Positions 27,421 to 38,000 of a DNA stretch of 64,000 nt are shown here, in pieces. The first letter of the stretch is position 1; each line of letters begins with the position of its first letter. The position numbers and the translations under genes were made by a program. The notes beneath the pieces are model-generated. The model did no database searches, was not told the DNA's origin, and was given only the letters and a program-made list of their open reading frames with translations. The stretch is from a virus: positions 32,001 through 96,000 of IMG/VR virus record IMGVR_UViG_3300028581_000020, one strand, 5' to 3'.

Positions 27421-28970
27421 TATACCGCCGTCGTGATCGCTCTAAATTTCATTGTTAATGCTGAGAATCCCGAATAGTTAGCCGAGGTATACTGAATTTG
27501 TCCGGCGTCCGTAATAGTAAAAACGACAGAAGAGGCGTCGCCCACGGAAGTAATCCCCAATACCCAATCGGCCCCTCTTTGAATACCATTCAGTCTAAAT
27601 TGCTCGAATAAATCACTAGTAGCATCCACAGAAACACTCACCAAAGCTTCAAAACTACGAACAGACGCATTTGAAAACGCAAGACCAGTAACGTTTGCTG
27701 GTGAAGATTGGTTGTTTGCTCCAGAAAATGAGGTTTGGTTAATATCGCCAGTTGAGGCGGTCGGAACTGAAGCCCACGAAAGAGTTCCCGACCCATTAGT
27801 TGATAATACCTGACCAGTTGTTCCACTACTATCAGGGAAAAGAAGGGTCCTATTTGCTGTCAGTGTTTGTGGAATTGAAAAATCGTAACTAAAACCTGAT
27901 CCGTCTGCGTCTCTCATTGAGAGTGTATTGGCGGTTTGGTTCATTTTGAGTGTGGCGGAAAGTCTTGTTCCAGAAAGCCCAGAACCGGAAGCTCCACCAG
28001 TTGGGGAAACGTATAGGTTAATAGCACTTCCGTTTGATCCACGACCAGAAGAGGCCGTAATATTGATATTACCGCCGTTAAGATCTGATCCGGTTCCAGC
28101 AGCACTGGAAGAAATAGATATTGCGCGACCAGGAACTCCAGCACTGGGAGTCGTCACCGAAATTGCGGGACTTGTATTGTCAAAATTAAGGTTTGTGTTG
28201 ATAGCTACAGACGCTAAATTAGATAGCGCAGTATTTGCTCCAGAGCCAGAAGGCGTTGTCCAAGTGCCATCAGCACGTAAGAAATTAGACGTTCCACCAC
28301 CAGATGCGGGAGCAAGACCCTTTAAGGAAGTGGTAAAGTTATCTAGGAGTGCAGTTACCTGTGTTCCGGTAAGGTCTGATGGGGACGTTGAGCCGCCTGT
28401 AGCGTTACCTTTAATAGTGGTGGCCGCCATGTTTGCAAGTTTTGCGTTAGAAACTGCGTTATTTGCAATAGTTGCTGCAGCAGATCCCGGACCAGAGGCG
28501 GTTACATCGCCAGTAAGGTCGGTAATATAATTACCAGTGGACTGCTTGCCGTTTAATTGTGTTTGAATATCAGAAGTTACTCCTGATAGGTATTGAAATT
28601 CTGAGCTTGTTACAGAACCATCTGCGATTTTAGTTGCATCAATTCCAGAAGAAAGAGTTGTTGCCCCGGTATTACTAATGGTAACAGCTCCGGACATGGA
28701 AACCGCTGTGGCTAAATTTGAAGAATTACCAACAAAAATTTGGCCGTCTGTCAAAGAATATCCGCTGTCGGTGTTTACCCAAGCGCTACCATTCCATACC
28801 CAAATTCGACCAGTATCAATGGCAACGCGAGCATCACCAGTAGTATTTCCAGAGGAAGGCAAAGCCGCCTGATTAGCGACAGCAGATTGCCAGGTGATTG
28901 CGCCACCACCTCCACCACCACCTACGAGGTCGAACTGGCCTGTTAGGCAATTGTATCGGTAACCGGCCAT
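27420..28970 (-). CDS. tail fibre-like protein
   Basis: G/S/T-rich; fibre motifs IDATKIADG, GVTSDIQTQLNGK, GQVLSTNGSGTLSW. Confidence 0.7.
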   Translation of the reverse strand: MAGYRYNCLTGQFDLVGGGGGGGAITWQSAVANQAALPSSGNTTGDARVAIDTGRIWVWNGSAWVNTDSGYSLTDGQIFVGNSSNLATAVSMSGAVTISNTGATTLSSGIDATKIADGSVTSSEFQYLSGVTSDIQTQLNGKQSTGNYITDLTGDVTASGPGSAAATIANNAVSNAKLANMAATTIKGNATGGSTSPSDLTGTQVTALLDNFTTSLKGLAPASGGGTSNFLRADGTWTTPSGSGANTALSNLASVAINTNLNFDNTSPAISVTTPSAGVPGRAISISSSAAGTGSDLNGGNINITASSGRGSNGSAINLYVSPTGGASGSGLSGTRLSATLKMNQTANTLSMRDADGSGFSYDFSIPQTLTANRTLLFPDSSGTTGQVLSTNGSGTLSWASVPTASTGDINQTSFSGANNQSSPANVTGLAFSNASVRSFEALVSVSVDATSDLFEQFRLNGIQRGADWVLGITSVGDASSVVFTITDAGQIQYTSANYSGFSALTMKFRAITTAV

Positions 28971-28971
28971 T

Positions 28972-29607
28972 TTATTTCTTCCTCATTGCTTTATGGGCAT
29001 AATTATCGGTCTGTTTATGACAAACATGACATAACGTTCTACAGTTCGAAGCCTCAAAACGAAGTTCTGGGTAATTGCACCACTCTTTAATGTGGTCCAT
29101 TTCTAACGATTTTCCTTTTTTGCTACATATTTGGCAAGAATAATTGTCACGTTTAAGAACTAGAATTCGTAACTCTCGGTATTCAATACTAGAACGAAGT
29201 CTTTGTGATTCAGAGGTTTTTCCGCCATCCCAACGATTTGAAAGCGGTCCTCGTTTACCTAATTTAGCGGCTCTCTGTTTTTGTCTTCCGGCTTCGGTGC
29301 TTAATGACTCAGGATTAAATAGCGCACGATATAATACTGGCTTATTCGATCTTTTACTTCCCCTTCGTGTTTCTGAAGCTTTTCTTTTAGCTTCGGGACA
29401 AGAATGGCCAATCTTAAGACCCTCTAAGTTGAAATTAATTTCCCCGGCAGCAATCTGACACTTCTTACACTTATCCTTAGTGTTTCCCTTTTCAATATTC
29501 CATTTTTGAGCATAAGAAACAATTCTTTCATGCTGACAATCTGGGCAAACGCAAATCCATTTGGTTTCACGCCGCGTAACGTCGGGATTGATTGGAACTA
29601 GCATCAT
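28972..29607 (-). CDS. HNH homing endonuclease
   Basis: RDNYSCQIC...MDHIK...NCRTLCHVCH. Confidence 0.85.
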   Translation of the reverse strand: MMLVPINPDVTRRETKWICVCPDCQHERIVSYAQKWNIEKGNTKDKCKKCQIAAGEINFNLEGLKIGHSCPEAKRKASETRRGSKRSNKPVLYRALFNPESLSTEAGRQKQRAAKLGKRGPLSNRWDGGKTSESQRLRSSIEYRELRILVLKRDNYSCQICSKKGKSLEMDHIKEWCNYPELRFEASNCRTLCHVCHKQTDNYAHKAMRKK

Positions 29608-29611
29608 ATAA

Positions 29612-29881
29612 TTAACTAATCCGTTCGGCTGAAACTAAAACGTCACGATTTCCATTCGTATAAATAATTCTGAGCGAGTACAGAGCAATTCCGTTCTCAG
29701 AAAATGCATAGGTTTCTGTGTCATTAGAAACCGTTGTGGTGCTAATGGTCATCTCAACTTTATTACCAATAAGACCAACAAGAAACCCATTGGTAGAGAT
29801 TGTCTTATCTACGTCATTAAATACAGAACGAATAGCTTGTGCCATGTCTTTATCGGACATTGGCTTTGTGGTGTTTGCCAT
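29612..29881 (-). CDS. hypothetical virion-module protein
   Basis: ORF in operon. Confidence 0.55.
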   Translation of the reverse strand: MANTTKPMSDKDMAQAIRSVFNDVDKTISTNGFLVGLIGNKVEMTISTTTVSNDTETYAFSENGIALYSLRIIYTNGNRDVLVSAERIS

Positions 29882-30084
29882 TAGTCACCCTTCATGTGTT
29901 TTTTAATCTTGGACCATTTACCTTTAGACTCGGGAAGCTTTTTATAGGCTTTCTTCCCTTTATTATCGGATGTGAATTCTTTGGCCTTTTCTGGCGAAAG
30001 ACTTTTAGGAGCGTCAAACATATTCTCTTTATTATTTTGGACAGCTTTCATAAAGCGAAATTGACGTTTTGAGACGCTAGGCAT
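29881..30084 (-). CDS. small basic phage protein (MPSVSKRQFRFM type)
   Basis: MP..SK.Q.RFM N-terminus common in phage virion operons. Confidence 0.55.
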   Translation of the reverse strand: MPSVSKRQFRFMKAVQNNKENMFDAPKSLSPEKAKEFTSDNKGKKAYKKLPESKGKWSKIKKHMKGD

Positions 30085-30086
30085 AA

Positions 30087-32027
30087 TTAGTTTCCGACCC
30101 TCTCGACGTTGAAATAAGTATTTGCAGTAGTTCCCGAAATTGTGAGTGTGCTTGCCGAGTTGTTTCCAAGGCCGTATAGGAAGATTTCAACGTAATCCCC
30201 AGCATTCAACTGAAGCGTCGTGCTTCCATTGAACGCGTTGATTGTCGTTGCGGCAGATGTTCTGTACCCAAACAGACGAGCGGACGCTCCGTTTTTGTAG
30301 AGGTAAAGCCCGTAATCAGATGCGAGCACGTTAGCTGAGGCGAGCAGGACTGCGGAGCTTATGCGGTACTTACCCGATACGGGTGCAGTGAATCTGCTGT
30401 TTGCTGAGCTAAATGATCCGGTCGTGTCAAACACTGCGGAAGAAAAAGCTACCTTAACGAAACTATTATTCGTCGCGATCCCTGTTTGGTTAGACCCTCC
30501 AAGTGTTGCATCCATCGCGACTGTTTCACTCGCCGCGATCTGCGACGGGCCGGAGATACGCGAGATTGAGAAGTAGTTGTCAACAACACTACCTCCGACA
30601 TTCAATGCTCCACCTGAGTTTTGGAAAACTTGAATCCCTACCGTGTCCCCTGCATTGAACAAATATTCTGTTGCACCATTCAAAAACGTACCTGCAGAAG
30701 CCGTAGGGTCGAATATGTATGCCAGTGTGCGGATATTGCTTCCGTTTACACGCAGACGAACCTCACGACCGTTCGTCGAGCTTGCGGCAAAACTTACTTG
30801 AGTCGTAATCCTATACCAGCCGGGGACTGGAATCGTGTAGAGACTTGTACCGGTATTCCAAGCCCCGTGCGTGTCGCTGATTGCGGCATCGAACGCTACG
30901 AGTGTTCCGGTGCTGTCTGGAATTGACTGAGTGGCTGCGCGGCCTGTAGTCATTGCCACGACGCGAGTGTCCGTCTCAGACGACATCTGCACTTGAGACG
31001 ACCATCCGGTGATGGGGACGAGGAAAGATCCGCCAAAAACCGTGTTGTTGGCCCAAGCCGTCCCTAACGTGCCATTGAAATAATTATCTGCCTGTTGGCT
31101 AATGATTGCGACCGTTGTTGGAGAACCTGTGGCTACGAGAATATTGCCTGACCATGGGGTTTTAGATGCGGTAAGCGCCCCCACAACAGAGTTGTTTACG
31201 GCTCTAGTTATGTCCATAGAAAGGCCGCTTGGCAGCGAAATAGAAACTGGTGATCCAGAATTTGTTCCAGAAGTAACTGTAAACATGACTTCAAGAGAAT
31301 CACCTACGCGCCGATACTTGGCGATAGATGCAGAAACAGTTCCTAGGCCAACGTATGTCGGAGTGTAGCTCTGCCAGTCCGTGACTGGCGTTCCCTGCGT
31401 GATGATCTGCGGAGAGACGCGGACGTCGGATAGCGCCATCGTGTAGGCGGATGCCGACGTGCTGCCAACGTGGATACAGAGGCGGTAGCTGGTCGAGTTA
31501 GAGGCTGCCTGGAAAGTGCCTCTCCAACTTTGTTGAACAGTGGTGCTTTCAATCGAAGAAGGGGCCGGTTGAATCAAAATCGAGTTGGTAACATCGTAGA
31601 TCCAGACCGAAAGATCGCTCGTGGCGTAAGTCCCGCTGACTACCTCGTAGGGGAACGTAATTTGCAGGACTTTACCTTTGTCGGAATTATCAATCGTGAA
31701 TGCATTCGAGACCCCGTTGCCTTGCCGGTTGTTTGCATCCTTGACGAGGTTGAAGTCAGCTCCCGGACGAAGCGGCGTTGTGGTCGAGCGCGAGATCGCA
31801 AACGTAGGGCTACCGCCCGTGCAATCGACCGGAGAGCTGGCTGCCGAATCAGCATACCCCGCCCATCCGAGAGTATCTTTTCTAGCGTAGGCGTTTTTTA
31901 TGTAGTTGCGGGAAGAGCTTGATCCGCTGTCGAGGAAATCTGCATCTAAAAACCTAGGGGTTTGCGCAAACGTAGTGCTCGCCCCAAGGGCTGCCGCTGC
32001 CAGTAAGAGGCGTTTGAAAAATTTCAT
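30087..32027 (-). CDS. signal-peptide-bearing fibre/adhesin-like protein with two C1q-like domains
   Basis: MKFFKRLLLAAAALGASTTFA-Q; YTIPVPGWY...FNAGDTV and FTAPVSGKY...LNAGDYVEI. Confidence 0.65.
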   Translation of the reverse strand: MKFFKRLLLAAAALGASTTFAQTPRFLDADFLDSGSSSSRNYIKNAYARKDTLGWAGYADSAASSPVDCTGGSPTFAISRSTTTPLRPGADFNLVKDANNRQGNGVSNAFTIDNSDKGKVLQITFPYEVVSGTYATSDLSVWIYDVTNSILIQPAPSSIESTTVQQSWRGTFQAASNSTSYRLCIHVGSTSASAYTMALSDVRVSPQIITQGTPVTDWQSYTPTYVGLGTVSASIAKYRRVGDSLEVMFTVTSGTNSGSPVSISLPSGLSMDITRAVNNSVVGALTASKTPWSGNILVATGSPTTVAIISQQADNYFNGTLGTAWANNTVFGGSFLVPITGWSSQVQMSSETDTRVVAMTTGRAATQSIPDSTGTLVAFDAAISDTHGAWNTGTSLYTIPVPGWYRITTQVSFAASSTNGREVRLRVNGSNIRTLAYIFDPTASAGTFLNGATEYLFNAGDTVGIQVFQNSGGALNVGGSVVDNYFSISRISGPSQIAASETVAMDATLGGSNQTGIATNNSFVKVAFSSAVFDTTGSFSSANSRFTAPVSGKYRISSAVLLASANVLASDYGLYLYKNGASARLFGYRTSAATTINAFNGSTTLQLNAGDYVEIFLYGLGNNSASTLTISGTTANTYFNVERVGN

Positions 32028-32036
32028 ATCTCTCCT

Positions 32037-35000
32037 TTAGATTCCGTTACGAGCAATTTCGACAACTGCGGCAAGACCCGCATCCCAACGAAGACGAATG
32101 ATGGAGCCCGCTTGCCCGCGCCAATCCCCCTGCAGGAGGACGGTCGAGGATGCGGCTAGGTCACAGTAGTTTGCGTTCGAGGTCCCGAGGATTTCAATCT
32201 CAGCTCCGTCAACCATACTCGAGGTCGTGATCGTGAACGTCTGAGCCGAGCCCCCCGTGTACCTAAAGCGCTGTGCCGGAGAATTCGTGGGCGTAATCGA
32301 GGAGCCGGTGAAGTTCGACTGATCGGGCGTCTTTGCTCCGCCGGTAGATAGCACCACATCCCAGCGCGTATCCGTCGTGTTGTAGACGAGCAGTGCGCCC
32401 TCGTTGAGCTTCAGCACGAGGTCCCGTGCCTGCGGGCAACGGATACGGTTTGCGGAAGTAGATCCCGCCCCCTGATGGCTGATCGTCACATCTGCGGTAG
32501 CGGACGTGTTCACAACCCATAGCATTCGCGGCGAACCGCCCCCTGAAATCCCACCAACTGTGCGTGCAGTGGCGGGAGCCAGACGGAACACGGTGATTCC
32601 CGTTGAGGTTACGTCATCGGTTGTGCCGGTCGCGGTCGAGTCGTCTACGTCGATAGCGAGGGTGCCGTCTAAGTGCAGTGTCTCAGCCGGGGATGCTTTG
32701 TTGACGCCCATCCGCGAGGTCGCAGTCAGTGTAAGCATTTCGACCGGAGTCGTTGATGCGTCGGGCTTCACGAAGAATCCGAGATCGGCGCCCTTACCGT
32801 TGGTTGTGCCGACTCCGCGCAGGATGGCGCGGATGTAGCCTACCAGGCGAGTACTGGCCGAAGGGGAAGTGCCGTTGTTAAGCGAGAAGAATTGCAGAAT
32901 TCCTGCGATGTCGCTTGCTGCCGGGCTTGCGCGGTTGTTGCCGAGTGCTAGTGCGCCGTAGGAGTTCGCACCTGTCGCGTCGCCCATCACGTTCACGCGG
33001 CCTTCGGTCGTAACCGCGGTGCCGATCGGATCATCGCTCGTCGGAGTGCTCCCGAGAGTTAGCCGGAAGTTTTTATACCAGCGGGCAATCTCGATGTTGT
33101 TCACCCGGAACGGGATTTTGAAATCATCGATCGTACCGAAGAACTTCTCAGCCAGCACCGTGTTGCCATCGAGCGTCCAACCGGATCCGCCGCCAGAGCC
33201 AGAGCCAGATCCGCCCACCACCTGCCAGCGGCTTGATGCGGTCTCGTAGTAAAGAATGACGGCGGCACCGTCGGCCATTGCTATGGCCGCGCCCGTTCCC
33301 GTGCGGATACGGTTTGCAGCGGTGCCGCCCGTGTCGTCGTTGAGGTTGACGGATGCGCCCGTGCGGTTGATGAGAACCAGGAACGTGGCATTTGGCGGCG
33401 CCGGAATCATGTCGATCGAAGTCAGCGACCCGTCGGTAACAAGCAAGCTCGTCTTGGTCGGAGTCGCAAGCGTGGCGTTTGCGCCGGTCGCGGCTGCGTC
33501 CGTCTGCTCAGATCCCTGAAGCGTTGCCAAGGCGCGCAGGGCTGCAACAAAGCTCTTAGCTCCGCCGAAACTCTGTGCCGCGGTGCTGACCGATCCGGGG
33601 TTGGTTGCGTCTGCCGGCTGAATCGTAAGGGTGTCTGCCACAAGCGTCGCGCCAGACGTGCCTGGAGTAGACCCAAAAGTCGCAAGCGAGAGGGAGCTTC
33701 CGCCAGCACCTTGGAAACTGCGCCAAGTGCCGCTCGTCATACAGAAGAAAAAGACTTTGGAGCCACTGGCCAGCGCAAAGGCAGCGTCGGCGGCACCCGC
33801 GTCGATCGCCTCGCCCGAGGCCGGGAACACGTCGCAAGAGGCAGCGCCCGAGTTCTGCACGTAAAGCTGCATGCCCGCGACTGCCGCGGGGAGCTTGACT
33901 GAATCGTTTGCGGTGGCGCACACGCTCACGCGGTTTTGCTGTTTAGCAAGCTGGGTTGCGGAAGCCTGTCCGCCGCCCGCAAACGCGGTGATTGTGTCGG
34001 CAGCCGAGAACATCACGTAGGCTTGCGCAATGATGTTGTTTGCGAACGTCTTCACACCCGCGATCGTTTGCGCGATGGCGGTGAGTAACCCCGGCTGGGA
34101 TCCGTCTGCCGGCTGCAGGGTGAGGACTTGGCCTGAGAGCGAGGCGCCGTTTGCAGAGGGGGAGCTGCCGACGGCTGCAAGCGACACATCGCCTGAGTTC
34201 GTTCCCGCGATGTCAGCGTCACTAGAGAAAGTCAGCGAACGCGCGGCGTTTTTGAGATCGATCGTGAGGTCACGATCGGCGTCCTGCGTGACGCTACTCG
34301 TGAAAATGAAGCGCGAGAACCAAGACGTGGACGTTTCTTTGATCGAAACACCCGTCACGAATTTCTTCAAGCCCGCAATCAACTGCGTGAGAGTTGAGAC
34401 GCCGCCGGGGTTGGTTGCATCTGCCGGCTCCATGTTTAGCACAGCACCAGAGAGCGTAAGGCCGTTTGCGTTCGGGGCCGTGCCAAATCCTTGCAGGGTG
34501 ACGGTCGCGGGACCGGCAGGACCAACGGCGCCGGCAGGACCCGGGGGGCCTGCGATACCCAAGTACTCGGACGGATCACGCGCCTGCACGCCGGTACCGT
34601 CATCTGAGATTGAGAGAACTTTACCGGCGTTGATTGCGAGGTCGGGGAAAGCCTTATCCCGATCAGGCGAGGTGGAACCAAAAAGTAGCGCCCGCCGCAT
34701 GCGGCCGACCACTTCCTGTACTTGCTGCACGATACGATCAAGCGTGCGCTCGTTCGTCTCAGGCGGGAAGATCCCCGTCGAAATGTAATCCGTTTCCTGT
34801 GTGACGGGCGTCACTCGACGAACGAGTACGCGCTGCGTGGCGGTCGGAGTCGAAACTGTGACTACCGCACTACCAGGGTCGCCGCCCGAGATTGAATACT
34901 GCCCGGGAGCTGTGAGCGTTGTCTCGGTGACTGCTGTCGGCACCGTGTAGTCGCGTAGGATGACTTGCACCTGCGAGTTGGCAGTGAACGCAAAGGGGAT

Positions 35001-35066
35001 TGCGAATGAAGTCGTAACTCCGTCGCCCTGATAAATCTGCTCGGTCGTCGTGTTAGAGATCGTCAT
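32037..35066 (-). CDS. tail fibre protein
   Basis: T7 gp17-like N-terminus (YQGDGVTTSFAIPF...LDRIVQQVQE); short collagen GPP stretch; three ~45-aa PAD..PG repeats. Confidence 0.85.
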   Translation of the reverse strand: MTISNTTTEQIYQGDGVTTSFAIPFAFTANSQVQVILRDYTVPTAVTETTLTAPGQYSISGGDPGSAVVTVSTPTATQRVLVRRVTPVTQETDYISTGIFPPETNERTLDRIVQQVQEVVGRMRRALLFGSTSPDRDKAFPDLAINAGKVLSISDDGTGVQARDPSEYLGIAGPPGPAGAVGPAGPATVTLQGFGTAPNANGLTLSGAVLNMEPADATNPGGVSTLTQLIAGLKKFVTGVSIKETSTSWFSRFIFTSSVTQDADRDLTIDLKNAARSLTFSSDADIAGTNSGDVSLAAVGSSPSANGASLSGQVLTLQPADGSQPGLLTAIAQTIAGVKTFANNIIAQAYVMFSAADTITAFAGGGQASATQLAKQQNRVSVCATANDSVKLPAAVAGMQLYVQNSGAASCDVFPASGEAIDAGAADAAFALASGSKVFFFCMTSGTWRSFQGAGGSSLSLATFGSTPGTSGATLVADTLTIQPADATNPGSVSTAAQSFGGAKSFVAALRALATLQGSEQTDAAATGANATLATPTKTSLLVTDGSLTSIDMIPAPPNATFLVLINRTGASVNLNDDTGGTAANRIRTGTGAAIAMADGAAVILYYETASSRWQVVGGSGSGSGGGSGWTLDGNTVLAEKFFGTIDDFKIPFRVNNIEIARWYKNFRLTLGSTPTSDDPIGTAVTTEGRVNVMGDATGANSYGALALGNNRASPAASDIAGILQFFSLNNGTSPSASTRLVGYIRAILRGVGTTNGKGADLGFFVKPDASTTPVEMLTLTATSRMGVNKASPAETLHLDGTLAIDVDDSTATGTTDDVTSTGITVFRLAPATARTVGGISGGGSPRMLWVVNTSATADVTISHQGAGSTSANRIRCPQARDLVLKLNEGALLVYNTTDTRWDVVLSTGGAKTPDQSNFTGSSITPTNSPAQRFRYTGGSAQTFTITTSSMVDGAEIEILGTSNANYCDLAASSTVLLQGDWRGQAGSIIRLRWDAGLAAVVEIARNGI

Positions 35067-38000
35067 AGCGTAGGCTCCCCTTTTCGTTTCGCCCGTTGCT
35101 GGGTTTTAAGCATAGTTGATTCTTCGTCTTTTGAAATACCCATGATGGACCGAATTTGTGCACGCGCGTTTTCAACCACGTCACGGTCCACCGTTTGCCC
35201 AAGCGCGGTCGAGCGCGCAACTTGAGCACCCAAGAATTGTTCCCGGATATCCGGGAATTCCAGGAGTAGTTGTTGTTTTGCAGCGGCGCGGTACATGCCC
35301 ACCATTTCTGCAATGACGGTGCGTTTGTTTTCGTCGGTACGGTAGGCCTCCGGGATGCCGGGCTTCCCATCCAATTGCCGAGCGTAGTCGGATTTAATGA
35401 GCGCCCCAAGCATGTCCTTAAGGTTTGGAACCTTTTGGTCCCGTTCCTTAGGTGCTTTTTTGATCTCATCGATCGAGCCAAGGCCGTGCCCCGCCGCAAG
35501 CTCTACAAATCGATTGTACTGCTCACTGGTTAGGTTCACGGGGAAGCTGTCTTTGCCGTCCACGTAGGCGAACGAGATATTGCGGGGAGGCATGTCCACC
35601 ATGAGGTGGCTCTGCCCGGCAAGGGGCTTCGGCTTGACGAGCGGACCCGATACTCCCAGGCGAACAAGCTCTTCCCGGATGGGATCGTCTTTTGCAGGGG
35701 AGTACTTGAACGGGTTCACCAGGGCGATCGCGGAGAGGATCGCAGGGCCCGTTCCCTGCGGGTGTACAACCTCTTCACCGAAGAGGTTTAGCTGCGGCAT
35801 GCCCACACCAAACGAAGCTTTCAGGGGCTTCACCACTGACTCCCAAGCGCCGTCCTGTGCCCCAAGCTTTGTGTCGATTTTCTTATCCCCAAAAGCTCTG
35901 TTTACTTGCTTGAACAGGTTGGGCGTAAGCGACGAGGCGAAGTTATCTGCCAGTTTTTTCCAAGCTGACGTGGGCGCACCGTCCCGAAGCAACTCGAGCA
36001 CTTTTCCGAAATCGTCGGTGAGTACGTCGGGAACTGCCGCGGAGGCAATGTGCGCGGCCCCCGCAAGTGTGAGGTCTTCAAACCCCTGCATGTCCCCATC
36101 CGGGCTATCCCAGTAGGCTGCGAGCTCATGTAGATCGGCGGCAATACCGAGCAGGGTCCCTACGCCTCCCAAGGCTTGGTAAGAGAAATACCCGTCCCCA
36201 ACCTTGATAGAGTTAGGTTGCCAGCCAGTGTCCTCGAGCGCTTTGCGCGCCTGCCAGTTTGTGGGACCGGCGCCCGTGATGACGCCCTCAACGGCGAGTA
36301 GCCCACCAAGCCCCAGCATCGACGTGCCTACTGCTACCTTACCGAGCGCTACGTCCCGAGCGGTACCGCCGGAAGCCATCGCTTCCTTGAATCCGGGGGT
36401 GAGCATCGCAAGGCCAGGGAATCGCTGCAACACTTGATCCGTTTGGTTGATGTTGATTTTGGTAAACGGAACCAGCATGCGGAACATCGGGTTCTGCGAG
36501 ATTCCGTCGTATAATTTTGTGAATATCTCCGGGGTGTAGTTCAGCGTGCGCTGCCCCGCCTCACGCGCGGCCATCATGTTGATGTGTGCCGGCGGGAACT
36601 GCGTCATCTCCTTCACCATTTTTGTGTAGGCATCGCCCGTAAGGCCCGCTGCCCGGGCGGTGCGAACGGCAAGAGCGTTGGTTTGCATGCGATAGATCGT
36701 AGCCTTAGATGCTACGTCGGCGGCGTTCAGCGCACGCCCAGGAATACGAATTCCAGAGCCGATGAAATCCATCGCGTCGGCCCAGACGCCATGCAGCCCG
36801 TTGGCGGCGCCAGTCAAAGTAGAGGGACGCTCAAGCGCCATCAGCTTCGAGCCGCCCGCAGTTAGAAGGGGATCGCTCGTGCGCCACGCCTTGAAGTAAG
36901 CAATCCAACCTTCCTTGAGGCCCTGCCCAAGCGACAGCACCGTAGCGTTAGACTCGGCGAGTGAAACGGCCTCACTTTGCACCTTGTTTGCAAACGCCGT
37001 GTAGGTTGCGTCAATCTCTTCCGCTGGCATCCCACCGAAGAAAGACGAAAGTTCATCCACACTAAGACGTGTGGCAGGGTTACCTTTGCCGCCTACGATT
37101 GAGCGCATTTTCTGGACAGCCCAAGCCGCGTACTTCTCGGGGATTAATCCAATGGTGTTCACCAGGTTGTTGGCGACGTTTACGGTCTGCGTGAGCGGCC
37201 CGGAAAGTAAGCTCATAACCCGCAGCTCTTCGCCCATCGCTGCGAGGTGCCCAAGTCTCGAGCGATTACTCATCCAGGAGAAGTGCTTCACCTTCTCTGC
37301 GGGGGACATCCTAGACATCATGTCCACGATTGTTGCCGCTTGCTTCTGAATCTGCTCCTTACCGCCAGCGACGGTAAGCACGTCCTTTGCAGCGAACATC
37401 TCTGCAACGGGGAACGCAGTCACATTCGACAAGTCCGCCGCACGCGTGGCAAGACCGGCTTCCTTTGTCCCGGCTTTAAACAACGCCATGGAATCAAGCG
37501 TGAGCATCTTCGATCTCTCGAAAGCAGCAATTACCTCATCGCTCGCATTCGGAGCAGCGGCAGCTATCGCTTTCTCAACACTGTCCTGCACGGCGTTAAC
37601 AAAGAAAATTCCAGCACCTTTTACCTCAACGGCATTCCACCCTTGGCCAGGCACCTTAGTAGTAAGCCGGCTAACATCTTCGCCGAGGAGCTTGAACGCA
37701 TCAGCAAGTACCGACTCATCGCTAACAACTCCGCGAGCAATCGTCTCAAAGCCTTCCTTGTTCGCGGCTACAATATTTGAAACCACGCGGCGGAAGTCAT
37801 CGACAGACCCCATCGTGGGCACGTTATCTAGATTGAACCGCTTCGTGGCCTCGGTCGCCGGAGCCTGCAATTCTTCTAGGCTGAGCATACGCAAGTTCTG
37901 CGCTTGGCGCATTACCGTGGGCTGCTCAACTACCCGGGCTGCGTCGAGAACACCACGCCCTTCGGCCACTGCAGCGGAAACCGCAGATGCGTCTGCCGTG

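Noticed and set aside
27420-35066. Diversity-generating retroelement or invertible fibre cassette
   Set aside because: No reverse transcriptase, recombinase or TR/VR-like repeat pair was noticed.
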